Shown here piece by piece: positions 1 to 13,198 of a stretch of 64,000 nucleotides of DNA. How positions within the stretch are numbered: the first letter of the stretch is position 1; each line of letters starts with the position of its first letter. This DNA is from Lama guanicoe (lineage: Eukaryota). Below the pieces are notes generated by a model. It had not been told where the DNA came from, did no database searches, and saw nothing but the letters and a program-made list of their open reading frames with translations. The stretch is from the NCBI GenBank assembly GCA_013239625.1, contig MU053652.1:7245902-7309901 (forward strand). The letters run 5' to 3'. A program made the position numbers and the translations under genes.

Positions 1-689
1 CACTAATATTAAAAATTATGTAGTCATTTCCATGGATGTTAAAAATATTTATGAAAATGTTTAGCAAAACAAAATTAGAAGTATGCCTCCTTAACATAGT
101 AAACAATTTCTATTGTAAGGTACACAAACAAATATTTAGTGTTGGAATTCTGGAGTCAGTAATGCCAGGAACAAGAAAAAAATATTTCTACTATTTTCTC
201 TGTTATATAATGTTGTTCAGGAAATTCACTAAAATAAGGAAAAGAAGTGAGAGATTTAACTCTTTTAAAAGAAAGATAAACATCAGTACTCATCACATAC
301 AAAAGCCCCAACGATTAACTAAAAAGCCATTTGGATTAATAAAATTATTCAATGAGTGATATAACTGGTTTAAAATGTTAGTTAAATACAGCTTTTTTAC
401 ATGTCATGAATAAATAGAATATATAATTGAACAAAAGATCTTTCAAAGTCTTGATGAATGTAAAACAAGATTTCATGTGAGAAATACCTGAACTTCCTTT
501 TCCAGCACCTGTGATTGTCATTCATGTTCATAACATCTAACATAAACAAAGTACCGATATCTGTACTTTCAAAGGCCTTTTCCAAATCAGAACAAAGTAG
601 AAGAATATGCAAAGGTTAGATTAGTTCCCTAAAAGCTAGGAATTTGTATTTAAGAAAATTAGCAAAGGTACTTATAAAGGTTTATATAC

Positions 690-1060
690 AAGATGGTAAT
701 TACTAAGTTATTTAAAATAGCAAAAAATTTGAAACAACTTAAATGGCCAATAAAGGGATTGGTTTAATAAATTTGTGTGCATCTATGCCATAAAATAATG
801 TGAAGCCATTGAAAATTCTATTTTAGAAGAATATTTAAATTGCCTGAAAAAGTGTCCAAAAATGAGAAATTCAAAGCACAATATAATGCCAGTTTGGTGA
901 AAAAAAAAAAGACATGTATTATACACACACAGAAGAAAAAAGATAAAAGTAAATTCAACAATATGTTAATATTTTTCTAAACTCATAGCAGTTTGAATTT
1001 TTTTCCTTATAATTTTATTCATTACCTATACATACATAGTCCTTTTGTAATCAGGAAAGA
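690..1060 (+). mobile_element. Old L1 (L1ME-like) 3' remnant
   Basis: aaatagcaaaaaatttgaaacaacttaaatggccaataaagggattggtttaataaa resembles the decayed L1 ORF2 end/3'UTR. Confidence 0.55.
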
Positions 1061-1199
1061 ATATACATCATATTTAAAGGTTACCAGATATTTGGGGAAT
1101 ACATTTAAGTACTTTTAAGTTACATTACCAGCAAATAAAACTCTTTTAGCCTCCCTGGTTTCACAAAAAGATCCTAAACTTTGCTCTACCCTCTTGCAG

Positions 1200-1355
1200 G
1201 TATGGGATGGCACCAGGACCCCATTCCCATCTTGGAGAGTCTTAATACAAGACTTTGTTCTTGAAGGTGATTTAAGTCACATCCAACGGCTGCAGAATCT
1301 GACAATAGACATTTTAGTCTATGATAACCATGTTCCAGTGGCCAAATCTCTGAAG
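1200..1355 (+). CDS. POT1: POT1 coding exon (first in window; OB2)
   Basis: ctcttgcag|GTATGG...CTGAAG|gtaat, 156 nt; translates [52 protein letters not shown], recognisably POT1 OB2. Confidence 0.98.
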
Positions 1356-1984
1356 GTAATGTTGAGTAGCAAGCATGTTTGCTTTCTTGTATTTTATAAA
1401 TTTTAGAGTAAATCACATGTGAGATAATATTTGAGATCTAGAAATTAAATCCAAATTTATTTTGTCTTTAACTTTTAATTTGTAAAGTGTGTATTTAAAA
1501 TAAATTATTAGAAGATATATTAGATTATAATGGCTTGAACAGCTTTTTTAAATTAAAGAATATCTTCTCCTGAATATCTTAAAAGCTGTGCCCAATTTTA
1601 TTATGGAAGTAAGGAAGAAAAATTTGATTCTATAAGATACACTTTTTTAAAATGACATAGGATGCATACAATATTTGTAAACTTAAATGATAAGTTTTGT
1701 TAATTGGGTTTGATAAAATCCAGTCTGTAACTTTGTACTGATTAGTTTAAGAAATTGTTAATCCACTTCTGAAATACCTTACAAATTATGTGTCTGTGTG
1801 TGTAACCATACAGTTTATTAGAATTTGCCCACTCTTTTTTGAGATAGTGTTCTAGCTAAAAGCACACTGTTTAGTCACAGCATTTCTTGCTTATTAATAA
1901 CATTTTAAGCAATTTTTTTCATTTTCCTATATCTTATATTAGCAAGTGTTTTTCTAGCAAAGAATGGTATCATTAATCATAATG

Positions 1985-2175
1985 ATGATAATAATAACAT
2001 TTGTTAAGCACTTCATATGTGTTTAGTGCTTGTACAATAGGTGCTATCATCATTTCTGTTTTACGAATGAGAAAACTGAGGCACTCAGGGGTTAAGCCCA
2101 AGATTTCACAGCTACTTGGGTGAAGCCAGTATTTAAATGTACAACATCTGTTTCCAGAGCCAATCCTCTTAAGCA
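1985..2175 (-). mobile_element. MIR SINE
   Basis: Core ttttacgaatgagaaaactgaggcactcaggggttaag...cacagcta. Confidence 0.75.
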
Positions 2176-3035
2176 GTATGAAGAAATGATTTCCTTTACT
2201 GGAGATAGCTTCCAGCCTACTTTAAGCAGTTATACAGCCTGCTTATAGGAAGAGAACAGTGAAAGTGAGTTGCAGTTTTTTTAGATCTGAATTTTAGTGC
2301 CCAGTTTCCCTTTGCAAATAAGTATTCTTGGAGAAAGAAATATTTCCACTTGCACACTGTGTTACAAATAAGCCCACCCAACTCAAATCAATAAATTAAG
2401 TTAAAGTCTGAGTCAAGGAAGATGATAACTGCACACGTTTGTCCTTTTTTGAATGTGTTCATGCCTTCCATATCGGAGAAAATTGATTATTGGAGATATA
2501 TTTTTGATTCTTTTCCCTGATTTTATCTACATTAATGAGTTTGTTTCAAAAATAAATGTGATGGTAAAGCCAATTCTAAAGTCTTTAAAATACAGATAGT
2601 ACAATACAATAAAATACAATACTTATGAATGAAAAAGATTTACATTTTAAATTCTACTTTTACTATTTAATTCCCTCTTGTTCCCCCCATGTAAAATTTA
2701 TTGTATACAGAATTTAGTTATAACGTACCGTATAATTGCTTTAACTGTTCTTTTTATTTAAAAAAACACATTTTTTTCTTGTTCCTATACAATAACAATA
2801 CATGTGTTCCATGCATTTCAATATAAATATGCAATTTTAAGTAGTTCAGATAGACCTTTCTGTTCCCCTGTTTTGTCCTGATTTCCTTGTCCAGGTCCTG
2901 AACAGCATCTGTCACAGTGCTTTCTGTACAGTAGGGATGGAGTAAATAATGTCTGCTGATGAATGAATGGAATCACTAAGTGCTGTGAATTTTTTTCAGA
3001 TTTTTTTTTTCCATTTTCTTTTTGTTTTATCTCAC

Positions 3036-3050
3036 CCACTAGAGGGTGCT
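3036..3050 (+). promoter_or_regulatory. Candidate CTCF site
   Basis: CCACTAGAGGGTGCT, one C>T difference from the CCACTAGAGGGCGCT core. Confidence 0.45.
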
Positions 3051-3530
3051 GTGAGCACATGTACTTAAGAAAATGTAGGGCAATTAATTTTTTAAAGATA
3101 TGTCATATTTATCTGCAATGTAATAGAAAAATGAAAAGCATATGTATGAATAAGTAATATAACTGTAGGCTTTTTAATGTACATTGACACCACATTTTAT
3201 TTGTTCTGAGGGAACCTCTATATCAACAATTTCATACTAATTTAAGAAGTCCCCAGTCAGACGATATTGATACACATAAATTCTTATCGATACTTGAAGA
3301 GAACTGCTTAAAATTGCATATTTATATTGAAATGCGTGGAACACATGTGTTGTTATTGTACAGGAACAAGAAAAAATGTGTTTTTTAAATAAAGAGAACA
3401 GTTAAAGCAATTACACAGTACATTATAACTGAATTCTGTATACAATAAATTTTACAGCTAAGTTACTCTTAACATTTTTTTCTAAACCTTGCTTTTTAAG
3501 TAAGTTAATAACCTCGTTTCCTAAACATTT

Positions 3531-3560
3531 TACACACACACACATACACACACACACACA
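3531..3560. repeat. (CA)n microsatellite
   Basis: acacacacacacatacacacacacacaca. Confidence 0.9.
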
Positions 3561-4114
3561 GACATTTCAAACCTTCTATCTGCGAATAAAAGCAGTATAT
3601 TTTCAATCCCCATACTTATTCTGATACAAATTAAAAGCAGTTATAAAACATACATAGTTATAATTATGTTTGGCATTCAGTGACCCAAGAACTCTATTTT
3701 GTTTATTTTTAGACATATATCAGTCATTGAAATGTTAAACCTAAAGGGAAATTTCTCAAAGTTTATAAGAAATATTTAAATTATTTCTAAAGGAGTAGTG
3801 ATTTCTTAATAGGCAGTTTACTTTGGTTAATTTTTATTGTTTCTATACTAAATGGGCTTTTATACCAATTTTTAAAGGTATATTTTATAATTTTTTGGTT
3901 TTAACTCCCTCAGTGGTATTTTTGGAATCTTATCACATTACTGACAAGACTATCTGTTATATATTTGTCTATTATAATAGAGCATCTGGCACATTTTATA
4001 GTATATTTAGCAAGCTTAAAAAAAAATACAATGCTGCCTCCAGAAGGAATTTCTGGAAATAACAATGTCATCTTTATAGCCTATCTATATAAATAAATTC
4101 TCTCTTTTTCTTTA

Positions 4115-4790
4115 AAATATAATTTTATTTTATTATGCGATACAATAGTAGAGAAGATAGTATAACAAACACCCATGTGTCTCTCATCCAAACTTAACAT
4201 TTCTAAATGTCTTGCACACATATTTCAAGTACTTTTTATTTCAAGAAATAAAACTCTACATGTGAAATCTTATTTGTACCTCTGTTACTTCTAATTTTTT
4301 GCTCCCCAGTATCCTTTTTATTTATCTTAACATGTAGCTGTGTACACCCATATTTATTATGCTTGTATTTTGTGGCTTTTTTTCTAAAAGATGCATGTAC
4401 TATGTATCATTCTATAATTTGCTTTTTTCCTTTGACATTATATTTTTAAAATTTGTCCATGTTCATACATGTGTCTGCATTAACACCAGACTGTCTTAAT
4501 TATTATTCTCTTCATTTTTAAATGACATCTCATAGGTTAAGCCCTCACTGCCAGTTGAGTCTTCAAAACAAACTCAACTATTCACTTCCATATGCATTTT
4601 CACATCAGTTTTTACAATTCCATGAAAGGCACTGGGGATTTTGATAGCAATTGCATTGATTTTAAAGAATAATTGATTGGCAGGAAATTATCTTTATATA
4701 ATGCTGAAGCTTTTCATTTATGAATATGGTATCTTTCTCCTTCTGTTTAGCCTTCTTTAAGTTCTTTGTAATTATATACATGTACTGTAC
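4115..4790 (-). mobile_element. Degenerate L1 (L1M-type) fragments
   Basis: T-rich antisense L1 motifs, e.g. ggggattttgatagcaattgcattgattt, atgaatatggtatctttctcc. Confidence 0.6.
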
Positions 4791-6208
4791 TAGTACGTTC
4801 TGTATATTAAAAAGAATCACAGAGTAATAAATGTTCAAAAAGAGTGAGATAAAAGTAAATAGAAATAGAGTGTTTTATGTTTTCTTCCAGCATCTTAGTC
4901 TGGAGACCATGAGGAAAATCAGTTTTGTCATCTTTTGTGTGTGTGTGTGTGTGTTTTCCTACTCTGACTCTATTCACCCTGCTCCCCTGCTGTGTGTCAA
5001 TGGAAGAAGTCAGAGAGGAAGAGACTAAATGCCTTACTTCCTCTCTACAAAACCCATGATTGGATGGGAAAAAGAGCCTTGAGAATGAACAAGTAGCATC
5101 CAGAAGTGTGTGTTTTTCCCCTTTATTCCACACCCCCATTTCTCTCCATCAAATTCAGAGGGTGATAAGGAGAAACACAGTGAACTAAACAGCAATAAGC
5201 AGAGGTGGGAAGTTGGTTTACTACCCCATCTTTCTTTATATTCCCCCATATATAGCTTTTCTGTTAAACAGAATCTCACTACTGTTACACAATCTTGACC
5301 TTGTAGGAAAAAAGGAGAATGGTAGACCCATAGTCATCAGTGGTCAGGAGAGCTGCCTTATGCAAATGAATTAAATTTCCTAGTTGGTAATTCCTTTTCT
5401 TTATAACTCTTCACAAAAATAAATGTGACTTTAGGTTATATAGCTTCCTTTGAGTAGATGTTTGTTCCTTTGATAAATATTCTGCATCTGATTCTTTTTT
5501 AAGTCTTGTACATTAAAAGAATATTAAATACTCTGTAATTAAAGATATTTTAAGACTAATAAATTTAGCAAAACATCTAAAATTAACTAAGACATTTAGT
5601 TCAAAACTATAATTGGGTTAATTCCATATTTGAACTCATAGAATGTGTTTCACATTGTGGTGTACAGACACAAATTATTATAAAAGTTTTCTTTCCATAG
5701 AACTTGTGGAATAGGACTTTATTATTTTGATATAGCTGCACATTTAAAAATATTTCCTAGTATTTTCATAATTGAGAGTGTTTTAGTGATCATACTTAAT
5801 TAACTCTTACCTTAAATTACTTAAGGTAGGTTATTTTCAGAAACTTTAATCAAATAGATTTCTAAACTACTGTATTTTAATAGATTTCTAAATAGATTTC
5901 TAAACTACTATATTTTACCAATGCTAAGACTCAATCTTATTTTACACTTTAATATCTCTAAAATGTAAACATGTCTTTACATTTGAAAAAATAGATACAT
6001 ACGCATATATATGTGTACATACACATTTTGGTTTTGATATAGTGTCCTTGGGGCATATTCATTACACAGTAGTATAACTTACCAGTATCCTTTCTGATGA
6101 GTCAACACCCCTGGTGATTGGTCAGTGCCCCAAATTGGTTGTTAAATATTGCAAGTGCCAGAAATTGTTTCATTTTTCTCCATTTTCTAAATAATAATCT
6201 GTTTTTAG

Positions 6209-6379
<171 letters not shown>

Positions 6380-7460
6380 TAAGTGTATTATATACCTATT
6401 TAGAAATTGTAAATAAGGTATTAATTAAGCTGATTTCTAAGAAAATATTCTGGAGTGGGGTGGGGGGCTCTAATAGGTACCTTGTAATGGATCCTCAGAG
6501 TCTTCCATGCCATTACCCATTTTATTTTAATAGATGAACCAAATGAAACAAATCAAGTGATGATTTTGGGTTCAAGTAGCTTAATAGTAGCAGAGCTAGT
6601 TTTCCAGTAGTTACTTGTGCTCTTACGTCTACTCTTTGCATTTATTGTCTTGTACCATTTGCCACATTCTCCAGGTACATCAACAAACAGTGGAAACTGG
6701 AGCTTAGCTAAAGTTTGGGAAACTTGATACATATATCTAGGAAGCAAACAGACTTGATCCTCCATGAAAAAAATACTGCCTTTCTAAAGTGTGTATAACT
6801 GATAAAATAGATAACACAAATGTTTCAGTGTATCATATTTTTAAAACTTTTACATGTGCCCAGAAAGTGAATAGTACCTTAAGTCCTGCTGTACATGCAG
6901 TTCCCTTTTTCCTGAAGTATTACTGTTAGTCATTGTGTATAGAAACTCTTTGACCAGTATTCTAGAGAAACAGCAAATGTTTCCTGCTTATCTTCAAAGA
7001 GATATAGAAAGTATCCTATTCAGTAAATTGAAATGACGTACCTATTTTCCAGGTTTTAATATACTGAAATCAATATGACTAACATATGTAAATTAATTAG
7101 CCATTTTAATAATCTTGTATCAGTTTCCCTACTTTCTCATAGTGCAATACACAGCAGTGCTTGAGTCTAGAATGAGATTGTTCTGACCTAGAATGTCATC
7201 CATTAAGCACCCAGCTTATTTGTTTGCAGTATTTCATCATCCCACTGTTCCACTTGTATCTTTCTAGAGTTAGGTTTGATCAATTTGAGAATCTCTTGGA
7301 ACCCTCTGATAATCTGATCATAGGTATAGATGAGGAATGCATACACGCACAGACAATTTTCTGTACAGTATCAGTGAGCTGTTGGTTCCTATGGGTAGAG
7401 TTAAACTGACCATTACTTGACTGTTTTTTGAAATTTAAAATTATATCCTTTCACTTACAG

Positions 7461-7549
7461 GGTTTTAGAATCTGCAGATTTGCCAGCCAATCAGTCTTTT
7501 GGTGGTATCTGTCAATCAGAACATGAGGACAGCTTTTCAAACATTTCAA
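7461..7549 (+). CDS. POT1: POT1 coding exon (OB2-OB3 linker)
   Basis: cacttacag|GGTTTT...TTTCAA|gtaagg, 89 nt; (K)VLESADLPANQSFGGICQSEHEDSFSNIS; phases match both neighbours. Confidence 0.93.
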
Positions 7550-7565
7550 GTAAGGACAATTCTTA

Positions 7566-7756
7566 CATTTTTATTTTATTTATTAAACTGTAGCTGATTT
7601 ACAATATTATGTTAGTTTCAGGTGTACAGCTTCAAATTCTTTTCCATTATAGTTATTGCAAGATGTTGAATATAGATCCATGTGCCATACAATGATAAAT
7701 CCTTGTTGTTTCTTTTATATATAGTGATATATATCTATTAATCCCATACTCCTAAT
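7566..7756 (-). mobile_element. Short 5'-truncated L1 3' end with 18-bp TSD
   Basis: T-rich tail then gctgatttacaatattatgttagtttcaggtgtacag...ttaatcccatactcctaa; flanked by aagtaaggacaattctta / aagtaagaacaattttta. Confidence 0.8.
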
Positions 7757-8459
7757 AAGTAAGAACAATTTTTAATGTTGCCAGTTTAGTCACTGTTAAG
7801 TAAAATGGCTTTATCAATATAAATTCTCTTTTTAAAATAATTTCCCGTTTCTGTTTGTCTCTCTCTTTTTTGGCAAATCCATATTTCTTGTAAAGGAACA
7901 TGCTAAATCTTTTATCAGTGTCCTAGGCAAAGGTAAACATTATTCCTCCCTTAATTAAATATTTACATTTTTAAAATTGGGGTGGTAGGAATTACTTGAT
8001 TTGTGATATGTGTAGTATTTATGTATATATATTGATATGTATGTATATATGTTTACTAAAAATCTGTATTAATTTCCTAGCCAAGTACTTTGCTTATCAG
8101 TTTCTAAAAGGAACAAAGGTTGTCTTTGCTGCTTTATTTCAAATTCCCCACATGTTTTTTATCACACATACCTTAGAGTTCCAAGTCTTAATTATTGAGT
8201 TAATCAAGTACCTAACTGCAAAACATTAGCAAACAATTACTTGTGTATTTATGTTATCATCTACCTGAATAGATGACTATTCAAATCTAAAATTTAAAAC
8301 ACTCTGTGAGGTTTCTTCCTTTTTCACTTTGTCTTAATATTTGCTTGTACATTCTGAGACCTAAAATCTATGTCGTGTTTCTTTTTTTTTTTTCTAACAA
8401 CCTAACTCCTTTCCCTTCTGTGATCCTTTTTGAGTATTTACTCTCTTTCTATACCAGTA

Positions 8460-8680
8460 ATGATAAGCATTAACGTGTGTGGATTGATAGGCATTTAGTA
8501 AGTGCCACAGTCATTATCATTTAATCCTAACTGCACTCCTATGAGGTTGATATTATTCCTCCCTCTTATAGAAAGTAAGCTGAGGCTTTGAGTGATGGGG
8601 TTCATATAATTTGCCCCAGCTGAGTTAGCTATTACCTGATGGCAAAGTCAGTCAAATTCAAATGTGTGCTATTTGATTTT
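8460..8680 (-). mobile_element. MIR SINE (degenerate)
   Basis: tcatttaatcctaac...ctatgaggt...agctgaggctttgag...taatttgcccc. Confidence 0.6.
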
Positions 8681-8869
8681 TTGTACATAAGTTTATTTCT
8701 TCATTTTCTCTTCTTTAAATTCTTCATATTTCCTAGCACCTTGGTGATCCGTGATTTCTTGAGCAACCATTAGGAGGCCAATTTACTTCAACTGACAATC
8801 TTTTGGAGACAGTATAATTTGTAATTATATTTTTTAAAATCTCTTTTCTCCTTTTTAAAGGTTTTTCTA

Positions 8870-10110
8870 ATTATTTTTAAATTACAAAAGTAGTACATGT
8901 CACAGGAAAGTTGAAATAATTGTACAGTCAACACTCATATACCCACCACCTAGATTCTCCAATTAACATTTTACTCTCTTTGATCTGTCATGTCTCTCTC
9001 TTTTTTAATCCATCAATCCATCTTTTTTGAAATATTTCAAAGTAATTTGCAGACACAAGTACACCTCCTAAACACTTCAATGAATGAACATCATCAACTA
9101 GAGTTCAGTATTTGTTTAGAATTCTTTTTTATTCTTTTATCACTGAGGTAAATTATACTCAGTGAAATGGGGAACTTGAGTTTTGACTAATATATGAACC
9201 TGTGTAACCTAAATCGCTCTTAACATCAAGTCCATTACTTTTCGCAGAAAACTCCCTCATGCTCTTTCCCAAACAATCTTCACCCCTAGCTCTACCCCAG
9301 AAGTTCATTTTTCCACCATAGATTAATTGTGCCTCTTCTAGAACTTCATGTAAATGGAATAATTTTATATTATGTACTCCTGTACATACAGTTTGTTTTT
9401 GAGATTCATGCGTGTTGTGCATGTATCAGTAGTTTATTTCTTTTTAATGCCTAGTATGGTATGATGTAGACTTTTTAAAAATACAGATTTCCAGTTGCAG
9501 AATCTTTTTTTTTTTAAGTTGGCTTTAGTGTCTTTGTTAAAATCAAATGAGTATAAGTGTGGATTTACTTCTTTGCTTTCCATTCAGTATTTAGTAGTAT
9601 GGTGTGAAATAAACATTTGTTTCCCCTCATACAAATTTCCAGTTGTTGCAGAACCATTTGTTGAAAAAAATTTTGCTTTCCCTTTGGATTGCTTTGCCTC
9701 CTTTATCAAAAATCAAATGACTGTGTAAATGTGGTTTAGTTCTGGACTTTCTAATTCTGTTAATATTGTCAATCTTTATGTCAACACCATATTCTCTTGA
9801 TTACTATAGCCTTATAGTAAATCTTGAAGTCATAAAAGTCCTCCAGGTTTGTTCTTTTTTGAGATTAGATTCTAGATTCTAGATTCTAGATTCTTTGCAT
9901 TTCCACTTAAATAATAGACCCTGCTTGTCTCTTTCTATAATAAAGCCTCTGCAATTTTAACTAGGATTATAGTGAATCTACAGATCAATTTGGGATGATA
10001 ATATCAGCTCTTAACAATATTGAACCTTCCAATCTATGAACAAATGACTTCACTCCATTAGATCTTCTTCAGTTTCTCTCAGTAATGTTTTATAGTTTTC
10101 AATGCCACAT
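8870..10110 (-). mobile_element. Old L1 (L1MB/MC-like) fragments
   Basis: 3'UTR motifs (gaacttcatgtaaatggaat) and antisense ORF2 motifs (ttgattactatagccttatagtaaatcttgaa; gaatctacagatcaatttggga). Confidence 0.75.
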
Positions 10111-10165
10111 TGAATTTTTAATGGATTTTAAAATTGTAATTCTTCTTCCCTTCTTCCTAATTAAG

Positions 10166-10222
10166 GCTCTGGATCAGTATCACTATATGAGGTAGAAAGA
10201 TGTCAGCAACTATCAGCTACAG
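10166..10222 (+). CDS. POT1: POT1 coding exon
   Basis: pyrimidine tract, ttaag|GCTCTG...GCTACAG|gtaaga, 57 nt; (S)SGSVSLYEVERCQQLSAT. Confidence 0.96.
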
Positions 10223-10479
10223 GTAAGAAGACCATGTTTCATTTTTGAAAAATGGGCATAACAATGAGCATAATAAATCTGTCCTTATATCTATAAGTTT
10301 ATAAAATGTAATTCTGCCCTACAGTACAGTGGGGTTTATTTTTAGTTTTATAATGTGAAGTATCTTATATGACATTAATTTTAATCACTTCACACTTTGT
10401 ACTTACTGGTGCATGTGTGTACATATTCGTACATACACATAGAGGTGCCTGTGTATAAGTATAGGTATGAACGTGTGTG

Positions 10480-11200
10480 CATATGCACCCCAGCTGTGTC
10501 AGTGAAAGGCTGTAGAAGCAATGGCCCCCAGTAGCAATGCGCACACCTCGTGTACAGGTCTTCGTTTATAAATAATATCCCCAATTAAAAGGACTCCTTG
10601 AAGAAATAGCAGATTCCAAGGTTGGGACAGGAGAATTACAAGATGATTGTGGAACATCTTGTGCCAGAAAGTAAAGAAGTTTTCAGGTAATGATGGCACA
10701 TGTCAAATCTGGTACAATTTGAGTATCAAAATAAAAAATACTGGTGATGGGATAGAACTGATTGAATAAAGTAGGAATCTATTAGTCTGTATGGATAATA
10801 AATAAAAAGAACAAAACAAATAGATAAATGAAATTGAATGGAAAACGGTTATTTAAAACAGAATGGCAACTAATAAATGAAATAATGAAGTTGGGGTAAA
10901 AAAACGCCATTTTTTAATCATGATAGTAATAATTTATTTAGTTGTCAATCATCAATGGATCCTAAATGAGCAGAATCCTAAATGTTTAATGAACTGGGAT
11001 ATTTATGTTTTTCCAAGTACTTACTAGTTTTAAAGGGGGAAATAATAAGTGTATAGTGGAGATAACTGCTAAACAGCACCTTCAGCAGCTGAGCAGAGTT
11101 AACATCCCCAGGAATGAAACACTGATGTGATGCACTGAGAAGGCCACAGTATCACTTACACAGTAGACTTTCTACACCAGAAATGCAATGAATAAAACTT
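10480..11200 (+). mobile_element. L1MC-like 3'UTR remnant
   Basis: agaagcaatggcccccagtagcaatg...aaaaggactccttgaagaaatagcagattccaagg...gaacatcttgtgccagaaagtaaagaagt. Confidence 0.6.
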
Positions 11201-11288
11201 AATTACATCTTAATGTATATATTTGCTTCAGGGGGACTCATGTCGTGGATATACTTACATTCTTGTAGATTTCTCTGACTTAATCTAA

Positions 11289-11459
<171 letters not shown>

Positions 11460-12992
11460 TGAGTATTTTCCATTATAGAACAGAAGTTTTCACTTATTAA
11501 AATTTGTGTATTTATGTTTTCTTATGTATCAGTTTAAGTCCTGGCAATGAGTGAATGATAGTTTAATGTATTGTATTTTGAAAGAATGATCATGTTTTTA
11601 AGAGAAAATACTAATTTGTAATAAATCCTTCTGATATTTATTAGTAGTAATACATAAAAGGAGGTGCTGTTTTCAGATCTGGAATTCAACTTAGTAGCTC
11701 TGGTTAAATGCAAACACATAATAAACTATGAAGATATTTGGGGAGACTTTCTCATTTGTTCCAAATCTTCTTGAAAGTGAACCATTATTAACTAAAATTG
11801 TTAAATAGAGAATAATTCTGGGTAGTTGAAATTTCTAATTAAGTGATACAGAAAGCCTTGCTGGAAATATTTCTGTCCTGCTTAATAACTACAATATAGT
11901 GAATGTAATTTAAACTTTTGTTAGTAATTGAGGATTTCTCAGTTCCTCAGTCTTTTTTCTGAACATCAATTATTACATAAATAAATAAATTTTAGGACAT
12001 TAGAATAAATATGTACTTATTAGCTCAAGATATATTCTGAAAATTACTTTTAATCCCTCTTCCTCTTTTTTATGCAATTTGACTATCTTCCCTCTAAATA
12101 TGTAATACATAAATATATATACATCTCTGTTATATTTGTAGGTGTCTGTTGTTTGTGGGTGCTTCTGTGTACACTAATGTATATATATTTTCCCTCCAGA
12201 ATCTAAGTGTAATACTGCTGTGCAGATTTTTGATCGTCAGATCTCCTTATATAAAATGGGAGACTGTCTTCCACCCATTTGGGCTTGAATTGGTATTTGG
12301 AATTAAAATATAAGTACAGATATTAGGTAGTTCTTGAAGTATTATCAAGTTATAATTAGTAAAAACACATAGCTTTGCCAAACAAAAGCACCCTTTATGA
12401 TCATTTTTTTAAGCAACTATGGAAATCATCTCAGAAAAGTTAAGAGGTTTCACCTAGTTACACAGCTGATTGGTGACAGAACCAGGACAAGGACACAAAC
12501 CTTTTGATTGCAAATTATGCTGTTTCTACTGTATCATACTTTACCATATGACTTTTAAAAATTATTATTCTAGATTAAAAGAAATCAAAAGGAATATTAG
12601 TAGGTACCCTATGAAAGTGAGATAATTTAAATGGTAAGTGGATGTTTATCTTGAGTGAAGACAGGGATCTCCTGCTGGAAGGTTTAGCATTCCTTACAGA
12701 GAACAGTTTAGTTCTAGAAATAATTATAAGTAACCTTGGTATCACCAAACCAGGCAAGGAAATTGCTGGTGGCCAATGTAATTATAGTATGGGTCTAATT
12801 AGCCATGTAATATCATCAAATATCTTTCTGTTGAATAAGAGACACTTAATCTGCAAAGTGAATTGTCTCCAGATTTTAAAGTAAGTAGCTGCCTCAAAGG
12901 CATATGAACAAAATTTTTATTGGATCATTTGTTAAATTTGACCTTGCAAGTTTATACCAGTTGTTTTTGTGTTATTTCTTTGTTTATTTTAG

Positions 12993-13198
12993 GCAAGAAG
13001 TTCCACATGAGGGTGATTTGGATAAAATTTTGCAAGAGGGTGCAACCAAAACCCCAGATATCAAACTACAAAACACATCATTATATGATTCAAAAATCTG
13101 GACCACTAAAGATCAAGGAGAACGAAAAGTAGCTGTTCATTTTGTGAAAAATAATGATATTCTCCCATTTTCAAATAACTGTCTAATTTTGATAGAAG
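12993..13198 (+). CDS. POT1: POT1 coding exon (HJR-like domain)
   Basis: attttag|GCAAGA...ATAGAAG|gtatga, 206 nt; [68 protein letters not shown]. Confidence 0.98.

Noticed and set aside
5851..5917. Small tandem duplications here and at 9865-9895, 19892-19931 and 41043-41083
   Set aside because: Common replication-slippage products with no sign of function.
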